Below the pieces are notes generated by a model. The model saw nothing but the letters and a program-made list of their open reading frames with translations. It ran no database searches and was not told the origin of the DNA. From IMG/VR virus record IMGVR_UViG_3300047547_000347, positions 1 to 46,967 of that record: DNA of 46,967 nucleotides; one strand, written 5' to 3'. Each line of letters begins with the position of its first letter. Within the stretch, counting starts at the first letter, position 1. Shown in pieces: positions 27,132 to 36,304 of the stretch. The position numbers and the translations under genes were made by a program. The stretch comes from a virus. Its lineage: Duplodnaviria; Caudoviricetes.

Positions 27132-28940
27132 ATGCCCTCCGCCACGATGAAGGCTTTGGAGCGTTCATACGCTCTTTCTAACTCTACGCAGCTCCGTTAT
27201 ATGGAGATGCAGAAGGCCGGATCGACGGGGATGATCGATCTGGATGCCGGCAGTGGTGGACTGGCTCAGCTCAGCCAGTTTCAAGATCAAGCAGCCAACC
27301 GCCAGCGGTACAGTCTGTTTCGTGGCCACATCTACTCCGCAGTCAACGCGATTGCGATGGAGGCTGCCGGTCAGCCGGTGCATGTGGGTAAGCGAAAGAA
27401 GAAGGAGAAAGAGAAGAAGCCCAAGGACAAGAAGGATTACTCGCATCGGTCGAAGATGACCATTGCACTGCGAGCCAAAGCTGCCCGCAGTGAGATGGAA
27501 GTGATTGATGATCACGATTTGCTAGACAACCTAGAGTATCCGAACCCCATCCAGACCAAATGGCAGTTCGTGTATTCCTTCGTCGCTAATTTGAGCCTGA
27601 CTGGTTGGGCTTTTATCGTTGGTGGCAAGAAGAACGAAGAAAAGGGCAAAGGTGGTGGGTACGAGTGGTACTCGGTGCCGACCACTTGGGTACACCCGGA
27701 TCATTCGCAAGGTGCGTTTTCACGCTACAAAATCTACAACCCGAAGGATGCAGCCGGCGCCCAGAAGGAGAAGTGGATCCTGGGTAACCAGGTGAAGTTT
27801 GCCTACCTCCCTAATCCGTCCGATCCGATGGCCGGCTTGGCTCCTGCTGCTGCACAAGCAGCAGCAATCAGGATTGATGAGTACATTCAGTCGTCGCAGA
27901 CGGTGTTCTTTGAGAACGGTGTATTTCCGTCTGTGATTGTGACGGTGGGACAGAACCCGCATCCTGACCTGGGTACAGCAGGCGGCAGTCGGCCGCGTCT
28001 CAGTGCACCGCAGCGGCGTCAGGTGTATGCAGCAATCAAGAAGGTTAGTAGCGGCATTGCCAACTATGGTAATCCCGCGATCGTGGACGGCTTGATCGAG
28101 AAGATCGAACGGCTGTCCGCCACGCAAAATGAGATGGGTTGGGAGAAGAGCGAGAAGGCCGTTCGCTCCCGCATCCTATCCGCCTTTGGTGTGCACCCGT
28201 TCATCCTCGGTGAGGAGATGGCTGGATCGTATGCCCAGGCATACATCGTCCAAGATCGTTTCTTCAAAAAGGTCAACACGTTCCTTGATCTGCTCAGTGT
28301 GGTGATGAGCGGGTTTATCGGGGAAGGCGAACTGATCACTGAGTCTGAAGATTTGATGGTGTGGTGGGAGGCGTGCAAGGCTACTGATCCCAGCATGGAG
28401 AAGGCGACGTGGGAGTCAGCACGCAAGAATGAAGACGTTAGCCAGAACGAGTTTCGGGCGTGGATGGGCTTGCCTCCTGATGACGATGATGAGGAGGCGA
28501 TTATCAACGCATCGGTCGTGCCGCATGTTGCAAAGATTGCAGCAGATGCGACGGCTGGTACGATTACACCCGAGCAGGCACTCGCACTGCTAACCGGACT
28601 CGGGTTGCCGGAGGATGTGGCCAAAGAGATCGCAGGCGAGGGACCCCCAGAACCACCGCCTGGCGCCGACCCGGCGTTGATGGGTGCTGTACCAGGGCAG
28701 CCCGGACAACCACCACAGGCACCAGGCAAGCCGGGTGCAGTACCAGGTAAACCCGGTGCAGCTGAACCAGTTGCGGCGGCCAAACCAGCCCAGCCGAAGA
28801 AGCCGCCCAAATCTGCTACGCCTGCAGAAGAGTTGGCCAAGGCAACTGAGTCTTTGGATATGGCCATTTTGCAGCTCGAGGAAGAACCGCACCAGGCCGT
28901 TAGGCGGTTACTGGAGCGAGCCTCTCTGGTCGATGCATGA
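27132..28940 (+). CDS. portal protein (HK97 family)
   Basis: IYSAVNAIA, PNPIQT, LSLTGWAF, FFENGVFPS, ILSAFGVHP, NEFRAWMGLPP; Pro-rich C-terminal extension. Confidence 0.92.
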   Translation: MPSATMKALERSYALSNSTQLRYMEMQKAGSTGMIDLDAGSGGLAQLSQFQDQAANRQRYSLFRGHIYSAVNAIAMEAAGQPVHVGKRKKKEKEKKPKDKKDYSHRSKMTIALRAKAARSEMEVIDDHDLLDNLEYPNPIQTKWQFVYSFVANLSLTGWAFIVGGKKNEEKGKGGGYEWYSVPTTWVHPDHSQGAFSRYKIYNPKDAAGAQKEKWILGNQVKFAYLPNPSDPMAGLAPAAAQAAAIRIDEYIQSSQTVFFENGVFPSVIVTVGQNPHPDLGTAGGSRPRLSAPQRRQVYAAIKKVSSGIANYGNPAIVDGLIEKIERLSATQNEMGWEKSEKAVRSRILSAFGVHPFILGEEMAGSYAQAYIVQDRFFKKVNTFLDLLSVVMSGFIGEGELITESEDLMVWWEACKATDPSMEKATWESARKNEDVSQNEFRAWMGLPPDDDDEEAIINASVVPHVAKIAADATAGTITPEQALALLTGLGLPEDVAKEIAGEGPPEPPPGADPALMGAVPGQPGQPPQAPGKPGAVPGKPGAAEPVAAAKPAQPKKPPKSATPAEELAKATESLDMAILQLEEEPHQAVRRLLERASLVDA

Positions 28941-31900
28941 CAACTGCTATCTTGGATAAGATCAGGCAGGTTAAAGCCGCAACTGCTGCGGTGCAGTTGA
29001 AAATGCGGTTGCAGCAGCGGGACTACCATCGAGCCGCCTTTGAGCAGCTCCACCTGAAGAAGGTTGAGAAGGTTGAGGCCGATTTGCAAGAATCGCTAGA
29101 GCCTCTCTTCGCCGACCAGATCAAGTCGGTTGAGACGAAACTACGGAAGCTCGCTGCCTCCAAAAAGAAAGCCTTCTGTCCGACAGGACCGGGAGGTGGT
29201 GTCGACCCGACTTGTGGGTCAGGAGGAGGCGGAGCAGCGAAGGTGGGTGCTGGAGAAATTCCAAAGCCGCCTAAAGTGCCTGCTGTTTTGCAGCCGAAGT
29301 ACGACGAGATTTACGCAGCAGCAAAGAAAGGCGATCGTGCTGCGGTAGAAGCTGTTAAGACAAATCCGAACGCACAGTCTCCGTATCCAAAGAAGTTGCA
29401 CCAGTACAAGACTGAGGTACTGGCTGCGATGGACACAAGCAAAGGCGACGGGAAGAAGCCCTCCGCTCCAAAAAAGGCGGACTTTACCATCGAAGAGCTG
29501 GTTGATGCCCCGGGGAGGGACGTTCAACAGGCTATGGCTAAGTTGGGGTTGAATCATGCAACTGTCGAGCAAATTGCTCGTGCGGCGGGGGCAATTTCTG
29601 GAGCTCACGTTCAGATTGCCGCCGGTGTGCTGAACGAGTGGATTCGAGTGGATGTCCAGCACGAAGATTACAAGGCAGTTCGGGTATTTGACAAAGAGGG
29701 ACTCAATAATGCGAATTTCAGCGTCACCAAACCTGGGAGTGGGCTTGGTACCCGCATCTTTTCTCAACAGGTAGCTGAAGCGTCATCGCTTGGGATCAAG
29801 AAAATCCACACCTATGCGGCTGGCGAGCCGGACATAGCCAAATTCAACGGATACTACACCTGGCCTCGATTAGGGTACGATGGCAGGATACCTCGAAGTA
29901 ATATGCAGAATGCTGGTAGGAAATTACTCAAGCAGCAATTCCCCGACGCCAAGAAAATCAGCGATTTGATGCGGACTAAGGCCGGTCGGGATTTTTGGAA
30001 GAATCACGGTGCGGGAGCTTCGTTGCAGTTTGATCTCTCGCCCAATTCACAATCAAGGCAGGTGCTTGATGCCTACGTCGCAGCCAAATTCGGATCAGGA
30101 GCAGCAGGTGGAAAATCCGCCGGAGATGACTTCAGAAGACGACGAGCTGCTGGATCAGATCTGGGACAACCTCCCGACGGCGAATACGTCTGGGGAGGAG
30201 AACCCGGCACCCTAGCCAAGAAGGTATTCGACCCATCGGAGTGGGACGAAGAACTTATTGACCGAGCACTCCCGCCGTTAGCTAAGGCGATGGCGGTTGA
30301 GATGCTGCGGGCACTGAAAGAGTTGGGTGTTGACCCACGGCGACGTAAGCCGAGAAAAGACGTCAAAGCCTCCACCGCCACTGAATGGATGGAGGACTGG
30401 AACATCGACCTAGAGGACGTTGTCTTTGATACTCCGTCTGGTGGTATCTCCATGGGGTTTGTGACGGAGTACCCGACATGGATGAAGACCGAGATCAAGA
30501 ATCGGCTGCAAGAAACCTTCGAGCAGGACTATTGGGCGAAGGTCAACGAGACGACCTTTGGTGACATCGAAGGTTACCTGAAGAAGGGATTGAAAGACGG
30601 CTGGTCCATCCAGAAGATGGCCGATGAGATCATGCCGCAGCTGATGAATCAAGGTAACTACGCTGAGTGGCGAGCCAAGACGATTGCTCGCACTGAGAGT
30701 GGTAATGCGTTGAATGGGGCTCGTGTTGCAGCAGCGGATAAGTTGATTGACGAGATCCCCGAACTGCCGATGAAGAAGGTGTGGTTGTCCGTGCTGGGTA
30801 CCACCACCAGACGGGAGCATGCTGACCTGGACGGAGTGCCCGCCAACAAAGACGGCTTATGGAAACTAGGTGGTGTCTGGGTACGTTGGCCGGGTGATAT
30901 TAATCTTCCAGTGGCGCAGAGGGCGAATTGTCAGTGCACTATCGTGGTTTCTTGGGGAGTTACCGATGAGTCGGCTGAAGAACTGATTGCTGAGTACGGT
31001 CAACGGCTGGCCGAAGATGCACCGGATGAGGAAAAAGCGTTCTGTCCTACCGGTCCCGGAGGTGGTGTAGATCCGACTTGTGGAAGCGGCGGCGGAAGTG
31101 CCGGACCGAAAGCCGGCCATGATTCACGTGGGGTGCCTATGCCGCCCAAGGTGCCGGGCAGTATCCAGCACAAGTTCGATTCCATCTACAACGCATCACT
31201 GTCGGGCAAGAAGTCCGATGTCGAGGCAGTCAAAACCAATCCAGACGCACAGTCACCGTACCCGAAGAAGTTGCACCAGTACAAACTGGATGTACTGAAG
31301 TCGATGGATACGGCAGTTCCCACTGCAACGCCTGCGGCGAAGCCGGTTGAGCAGCCGAAACCGGCTGCTGTTGAGGCTCCCGTTCCCAAGCCGATCCCGA
31401 TGCCGAAGCCGGCAGTGATGCCGAGCACGGCTACCTCAGACGGCTTCACTATCGCGGAGAAGAAGCAGCGGTTTGATGAGCACCTAGCCAAGGCGCAAGA
31501 ACTGCTTCCAGAGATTCATAAACTCGATAAAATCAGTCGAGACAAGAGTCTCACATCTGCAAAGAGGATTCAAGCTCGCCTTGATCACAAGCGAGTGAAC
31601 GCTGCTCGACAGGCTCTCCTTTATAAGGCACAGACAGAGAGGATGTCTGCAGAGGCGGCAGATCCGAAAGGGTATCGGCAGCTTCGAGAGGAATTTGAAG
31701 CGAAGCACGATGCATACACCAAAGCCGATCAACAGTTTGCGGAAAAGTTGGTGGCAGCGGGCGTGACCGCAAAAGAGGACTACCATTCGTTCAGTGCCTT
31801 GGATATAGGTTCGAAAGGATACAGTTTTGATAATGATGATCCGTATCCCCGTCAGGCAAAGAATTATCCGGGACTGACACGTGAACAGTACACCGAAGCT

Positions 31901-32839
31901 CAGGAACTATCAGCACGATACAGCGAGCTGCGAGCACAGGAAGACTTCAGCAAACCGTATTATGGAGAACCGGCAACGCCTCGGCAGTTGAATCAAACTG
32001 GCTTGAATGCACCTTCGCCCATTCTTCCTGGTAAGGTTGGTCAAGGTGGGGCGGACGACGCTACACGTGATTTTATGGGTCAGGCTGAAATACTGATCCA
32101 AGTCAAACCGAATGCGTTCGTGAAGATTGTATCTACCGAACGCATCAAGAACAAATTCGAGGGTGGTGCGACAGGTAGTGTCGGTGCTGGTAATTCCGAC
32201 TACAACAACTCTCGGAAAACGGCAGAAGCTCGGACCTTTGATATCGATCCCGAGGCCCCAGCAGCCAGTCGCCCAGTCTACGGGTACCTGCAACATCCGG
32301 ATCGGGCGGTATCAAGTGCTGCATCAATGGGCATGACTTACGGCACGGTGCAGGTGGTGTTGAAGCCGTCCGCAAAAGAACGTACGTCGTACACCGTCGG
32401 TGATTCGCTGGATGATTATTCGAAGACATTCCAGCAAGCGGGGTCTGTATCAAATCCAATCAACAACAATTTCAAACCGGAAGTCAAGTACGAGTACCTT
32501 GCAGAAAAACCGGAAAGAATAGTCAAGGCTGGACCTACGAAACAGGATTGGTTCGTCACCACTGAGGTGGGCGGACAGACGATGTCTTCAGATTCAGGTT
32601 ATGTGTTGAAGCTCTCGCCGCAGTACATCGAAGCACAAATTCATGGAGGGATTCAGTTGTCTGACATTGCAGCCTTCCGAGTTCCGCGTGGACTTGAGAT
32701 TCCCGACAAGACACGCACCAAACTTCAGAAAGCTGGCGTATCATTGATTGAAGTGCCGCCTCGGCACCCGTCTAGTTTCTACGGGATGGAAGATTGGGAT
32801 TCGGCGTTGGTGGATTCTATCAACCCGAAGAAAGACTGA
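28937..32839 (+). CDS. MuF/SPP1 gp7-like head morphogenesis protein with inserted GNAT-like domain and C-terminal DUF3626-like domain
   Basis: MuF core about 30500-30960 (IARTES, KKVW, TRREH, RWPGD, NCQC). GNAT-like GSGLGTRIF...NGYYTWPRLGY. C-terminal RPVYG, YG, TVGDS, YIEAQIHG. Confidence 0.85.
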   Translation: MTTAILDKIRQVKAATAAVQLKMRLQQRDYHRAAFEQLHLKKVEKVEADLQESLEPLFADQIKSVETKLRKLAASKKKAFCPTGPGGGVDPTCGSGGGGAAKVGAGEIPKPPKVPAVLQPKYDEIYAAAKKGDRAAVEAVKTNPNAQSPYPKKLHQYKTEVLAAMDTSKGDGKKPSAPKKADFTIEELVDAPGRDVQQAMAKLGLNHATVEQIARAAGAISGAHVQIAAGVLNEWIRVDVQHEDYKAVRVFDKEGLNNANFSVTKPGSGLGTRIFSQQVAEASSLGIKKIHTYAAGEPDIAKFNGYYTWPRLGYDGRIPRSNMQNAGRKLLKQQFPDAKKISDLMRTKAGRDFWKNHGAGASLQFDLSPNSQSRQVLDAYVAAKFGSGAAGGKSAGDDFRRRRAAGSDLGQPPDGEYVWGGEPGTLAKKVFDPSEWDEELIDRALPPLAKAMAVEMLRALKELGVDPRRRKPRKDVKASTATEWMEDWNIDLEDVVFDTPSGGISMGFVTEYPTWMKTEIKNRLQETFEQDYWAKVNETTFGDIEGYLKKGLKDGWSIQKMADEIMPQLMNQGNYAEWRAKTIARTESGNALNGARVAAADKLIDEIPELPMKKVWLSVLGTTTRREHADLDGVPANKDGLWKLGGVWVRWPGDINLPVAQRANCQCTIVVSWGVTDESAEELIAEYGQRLAEDAPDEEKAFCPTGPGGGVDPTCGSGGGSAGPKAGHDSRGVPMPPKVPGSIQHKFDSIYNASLSGKKSDVEAVKTNPDAQSPYPKKLHQYKLDVLKSMDTAVPTATPAAKPVEQPKPAAVEAPVPKPIPMPKPAVMPSTATSDGFTIAEKKQRFDEHLAKAQELLPEIHKLDKISRDKSLTSAKRIQARLDHKRVNAARQALLYKAQTERMSAEAADPKGYRQLREEFEAKHDAYTKADQQFAEKLVAAGVTAKEDYHSFSALDIGSKGYSFDNDDPYPRQAKNYPGLTREQYTEAQELSARYSELRAQEDFSKPYYGEPATPRQLNQTGLNAPSPILPGKVGQGGADDATRDFMGQAEILIQVKPNAFVKIVSTERIKNKFEGGATGSVGAGNSDYNNSRKTAEARTFDIDPEAPAASRPVYGYLQHPDRAVSSAASMGMTYGTVQVVLKPSAKERTSYTVGDSLDDYSKTFQQAGSVSNPINNNFKPEVKYEYLAEKPERIVKAGPTKQDWFVTTEVGGQTMSSDSGYVLKLSPQYIEAQIHGGIQLSDIAAFRVPRGLEIPDKTRTKLQKAGVSLIEVPPRHPSSFYGMEDWDSALVDSINPKKD
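29168..29233 (+). repeat. KAFCPTGPGGGVDPTCGSGGG motif, copy 1
   Basis: Peptide repeated at 31034 and 43948 with synonymous codon differences. Confidence 0.95.
30108..30215 (+). CDS. overprinted 35-aa acidic mini-protein nested in the MuF gene (alternative frame)
   Basis: AGGAG (30097-30101) 6 nt before GTG 30108; MENPPEMTSEDDELLDQIWDNLPTANTSGEENPAP*. Confidence 0.5.
   Translation: MENPPEMTSEDDELLDQIWDNLPTANTSGEENPAP
31034..31099 (+). repeat. KAFCPTGPGGGVDPTCGSGGG motif, copy 2
   Basis: Identical peptide to copy 1. Confidence 0.95.
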
Positions 32840-35439
32840 TGATGAGAACGCTGAGAACTCAGTACCTGCCAGAATCGCAGTGGTTGTACCTCAACAACGC
32901 TCTCGTCGTTGGCTTCGACTTTGACTCTGAACAGCCGGTGTTGCAGTACACACCAGGAGAAGAAGTCACGCTGCGAATGGCTCAGCGGGTGGCTTGGGAT
33001 CAAGGAGAAGAGGCGTTTGACAAGGATGAATTGGAACTGATTGAAAAGGCGATGAGGCCGTTTCGGCGTGATGACGAAGATACTGATGGACCAGAGAAGC
33101 CCAAAGGAGGCGCCGGCTCCGGAAACTTTTCCCACCTCGGCCGTGCCGGAAAAGTAGGTGGATCGGGACAGGGTGGAGGTCCCGTCAAAGATCAAGAAGG
33201 CAAGTTCATCCCAGGAGCTGTCGGTAAGACACTCGGTGTCGATACCAGCAGTTGGGATAAATCGTCGTCCAATGCACAGTGGGCGATGAAGAAGCTGTAC
33301 AAGATGGAACAAATGGCGGCAGCCGGCCATTGGAGCCTACTTGCAGCTCATGCTTGGAAGACCAACGCACAGTACCCAGATAAGTACAAGAAGGCGGTGC
33401 TTAAAGCCCAGGAGGGTATTCAAGCACTCAAGACCAAGGCAGTCAATGCACCACCGGCAGGCACCACGCCTGTGGCTAATCCGCCGGTACCCGCACCGGT
33501 GCCGAAGTGGAACAAGGTCGGTGGTCAGCTTGGTTCGAATCCAGGCGGTACCTACGAATTTGAAGGGAAGAAGTTCTACGTCAAGTTCCCAGCCGACCCA
33601 GATGCAGCTCGGACAGAAGTGCTGGCGTGCAAGCTGTACGAAGCAGCCGGTGCAGATGTCGTCAAGGCACACCTAGTTGAGATTGACGGGAAGACCGCAG
33701 TCGCAACGGAGTGGCTTGATACCAAGGCCATTGACTATGGTAATGCGGGCCAGAAGCAGAAAGCACAGGAGAACTTCGCAGCACACGCCTGGCTGAACAA
33801 CTGGGATGCGGTTGGTGCAGTAGGCGACACCAACAATATGCGGATGACGGCTGATGGTAAGGCCGTGATGGTGGATGCGGGTGGGTCTCTGGATCGCAAG
33901 GCGACCGGCGGCAAGAAGGTGTTTACGGATGATCCTGCGGCGTGGGACGACATGCGGAATCCGAACATCAATCCGTCTGCTGCAAAGGTGTTCGGATCGA
34001 TGACACCCGATCAGTTGACACTGTCAGCGAATAAGATTTTGTCTGTCAGTACTCAACAAGTTGACGATCTGGTGGACAAGTACGGGCCCGGAACTGTTGC
34101 TCAGAAAGCTGCACTAAAAGCGACACTCTACAATCGGCAGGAGGCGATTCTCAAGAAGACGGAAATCGTTATCCAGAAACCTGCACGAGTGTCGACTCAG
34201 CAGACAGAGGATCCCACTGAATACGTTCTGACAGGGACGACGCCGGGCGGGAGCATGATCTACACGGCTGCTGCTCCTGCTTCTAAAGTCCCGATGGCCG
34301 TACCACCGCCGCCCAAGGTCGCGAGCTACGCACAGCAGCACGGCGACAAGATGAATGCGATGTACGAAGCCGCACAGTCCGGCGACATCGCAAAGGTGAA
34401 TGCAATCAAGACGAACCCGAATGCCAGCAGCGCCTGGCCGAGCAAAGTCCACGCCTACAAGATGCAGGTATTGGCGGCGATGCAGTCAGGCGGGAAGGCA
34501 GATGGCAATCACGTCGTGCAGAAAACAACGGCTACCGGGCAAAAGGTAACGATCAAGTCCGAGTCCTTCCCAACCAAACCAGTTTTTGTTTCTAAGAATG
34601 CTGCACAGAAAGCAGCTAACGAAGCAGCAGTTGAGCAGGCGTGGAAGCACGCCGAGGCCGGTGACTTAGCATCGCTGCAAGGGATGGACTTGCCGGCGTC
34701 GCCGAAATTGAAGCAGTGGCATTCAGAGTTGGCGTCTGAGCTATCGGTTCAGCTCAATCCTCCACCGCCGACCAAGTCGCTTTCAGAAGGGTACATCGAG
34801 GCGACGTCTCATATTTCTGGCAAGTCCGGGAAAGAAGGTCTTCAAAAGATCGGGTACTGGACGGTGTTGGGTGATGTGGGCGGTGTGCCTAGCGACTTCC
34901 CTGATGGCGGTTCGAGAACCTTCCCATCCAAGGCTTGGGATGATGGTAATTCGAGATACGAAGCTCTGCCCGGACCGCAGAAGACAGAGCTTCTGAGTTA
35001 TACCGGCGGCGGTTACAGCTCGATCAATTCATCGCTGCGGACGGAAAGTAGTCCATCGGCTAGTGCGATGAATGCAGCAAAAGGCGCAATGAATGCTGCT
35101 CTTACTCTGCCGACCGGATACACGTTGACACGAGGCCATACCGGTTCTGAGAAAGAGTTCAAGAACCTGAAACCCGGGATGGTAGTCGCGGACAAAGGAG
35201 TGTTGAGTACCAAAGCGAAGGGAAAGTGGAGCGGTAACATCCAGTGGAAAATCAAATTAGGGACAGGTGTGAAAGGTGTGCCCGCCCGTCAGTTTTCACA
35301 TCATGGGCATGAGAACGAAGTCATCCTGCCGCCCAATTCGCGTATGTTGGTTACGAAAGTGATAGCGAAGAAGGGCGGTTACTTTGATGTGGAGGCTATT
35401 GCACTGCCCACTCAAGATTCACAATGCTGCCCACCGTAG
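32839..35439 (+). CDS. multidomain effector: HipA/PI3K-like kinase domain plus VIP2-type ADP-ribosyltransferase
   Basis: GQLGSNPGG, YVK, TEVLA, NWD...NN, MVDAGG kinase motifs. YTGGGY..IN..LR, LTRG, VLST, ENEVILP (R-S-E ART). Confidence 0.82.
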   Translation: MMRTLRTQYLPESQWLYLNNALVVGFDFDSEQPVLQYTPGEEVTLRMAQRVAWDQGEEAFDKDELELIEKAMRPFRRDDEDTDGPEKPKGGAGSGNFSHLGRAGKVGGSGQGGGPVKDQEGKFIPGAVGKTLGVDTSSWDKSSSNAQWAMKKLYKMEQMAAAGHWSLLAAHAWKTNAQYPDKYKKAVLKAQEGIQALKTKAVNAPPAGTTPVANPPVPAPVPKWNKVGGQLGSNPGGTYEFEGKKFYVKFPADPDAARTEVLACKLYEAAGADVVKAHLVEIDGKTAVATEWLDTKAIDYGNAGQKQKAQENFAAHAWLNNWDAVGAVGDTNNMRMTADGKAVMVDAGGSLDRKATGGKKVFTDDPAAWDDMRNPNINPSAAKVFGSMTPDQLTLSANKILSVSTQQVDDLVDKYGPGTVAQKAALKATLYNRQEAILKKTEIVIQKPARVSTQQTEDPTEYVLTGTTPGGSMIYTAAAPASKVPMAVPPPPKVASYAQQHGDKMNAMYEAAQSGDIAKVNAIKTNPNASSAWPSKVHAYKMQVLAAMQSGGKADGNHVVQKTTATGQKVTIKSESFPTKPVFVSKNAAQKAANEAAVEQAWKHAEAGDLASLQGMDLPASPKLKQWHSELASELSVQLNPPPPTKSLSEGYIEATSHISGKSGKEGLQKIGYWTVLGDVGGVPSDFPDGGSRTFPSKAWDDGNSRYEALPGPQKTELLSYTGGGYSSINSSLRTESSPSASAMNAAKGAMNAALTLPTGYTLTRGHTGSEKEFKNLKPGMVVADKGVLSTKAKGKWSGNIQWKIKLGTGVKGVPARQFSHHGHENEVILPPNSRMLVTKVIAKKGGYFDVEAIALPTQDSQCCPP

Positions 35440-35447
35440 AGTGAGAT

Positions 35448-35975
35448 ATGGCTGACGAAGAACTAGAACTTGAAGAACGCGAAGATCTAGGCGAAGAGTT
35501 TGTCTTTGCGGAAGCCCTCAGCAATGCCCAGGTGGAAAACTATCTGGGCGATCAATCCACGATCACGTCTCTGGTCCGCAAGGCGATCGATGACTTGACG
35601 GAGAAGTTCCAGCACATCGACGATAAGGACAATGCGGAGAAGATCCGCGTGATGAAAATGCTGGCGCAGCGAAATGGTGTGGTGCTGCTGGGTAAAAGCC
35701 CGCTGTTCAAACCGCTGCCAGGTTGGAATGAACCTGGTCGTATCGATGTGTTTCTCGCACACTGGATGGGGTCGGCGGAAACTGACTCTGACAAGAGAAT
35801 GGAGCACGTCTTCGTTATTCTGTTCAACAGAATTCTGGAGATTGCGGCTTATGCCGGTGTACCGGGTGTGTTACCAGAGCAGTGGCAGTTCCAGGTGGAT
35901 GCTGTCATCCACGAGTTTGTGAATCTGTGTCTTGGCATTGACTTGCCGACACAAGCCTTGATGGAAGCCCAGTAG
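35448..35975 (+). CDS. acidic hypothetical protein (possible ART/kinase partner)
   Basis: Directly follows the ART domain; very acidic N-terminus. Confidence 0.7.
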   Translation: MADEELELEEREDLGEEFVFAEALSNAQVENYLGDQSTITSLVRKAIDDLTEKFQHIDDKDNAEKIRVMKMLAQRNGVVLLGKSPLFKPLPGWNEPGRIDVFLAHWMGSAETDSDKRMEHVFVILFNRILEIAAYAGVPGVLPEQWQFQVDAVIHEFVNLCLGIDLPTQALMEAQ

Positions 35976-36301
35976 TGTCTCGAAGAACAAAATCTCCTGT
36001 CATCCATACGAACACGCTGCAAGCCAGTCGTATGGATGACATCGCTCTTTGTGAAGCGGTCGAAGAGCGATTCATCACGCTGTGCAATTCGTACCTCCAG
36101 ATTCGAGGAGTGATGCTAGTCCCGCCGTCCGAATTGGACAGGGACTTACTGCTGTGGCGTACCATGCGTAAACGCCACAAGACAGCAGACTTCCGCAACA
36201 CAGCGGACGAGCTGAAAGCCGTACAACGTATTGCTCAATGGACTCTGGACGTCAACGACAAACTTCGAAACCAAGAGGCGAAGGTTTTGGAGTGGAGGTA
36301 G
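35975..36301 (+). CDS. hypothetical protein
   Basis: TAGTG overlap; 108 aa. Confidence 0.6.
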   Translation: MSRRTKSPVIHTNTLQASRMDDIALCEAVEERFITLCNSYLQIRGVMLVPPSELDRDLLLWRTMRKRHKTADFRNTADELKAVQRIAQWTLDVNDKLRNQEAKVLEWR

Positions 36302-36304
36302 CCC

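Noticed and set aside
28064-29089. 341-aa minus-strand ORF
   Set aside because: Antisense shadow of the Pro/Gly-rich portal C-terminus; no motifs; all credible genes are on +.
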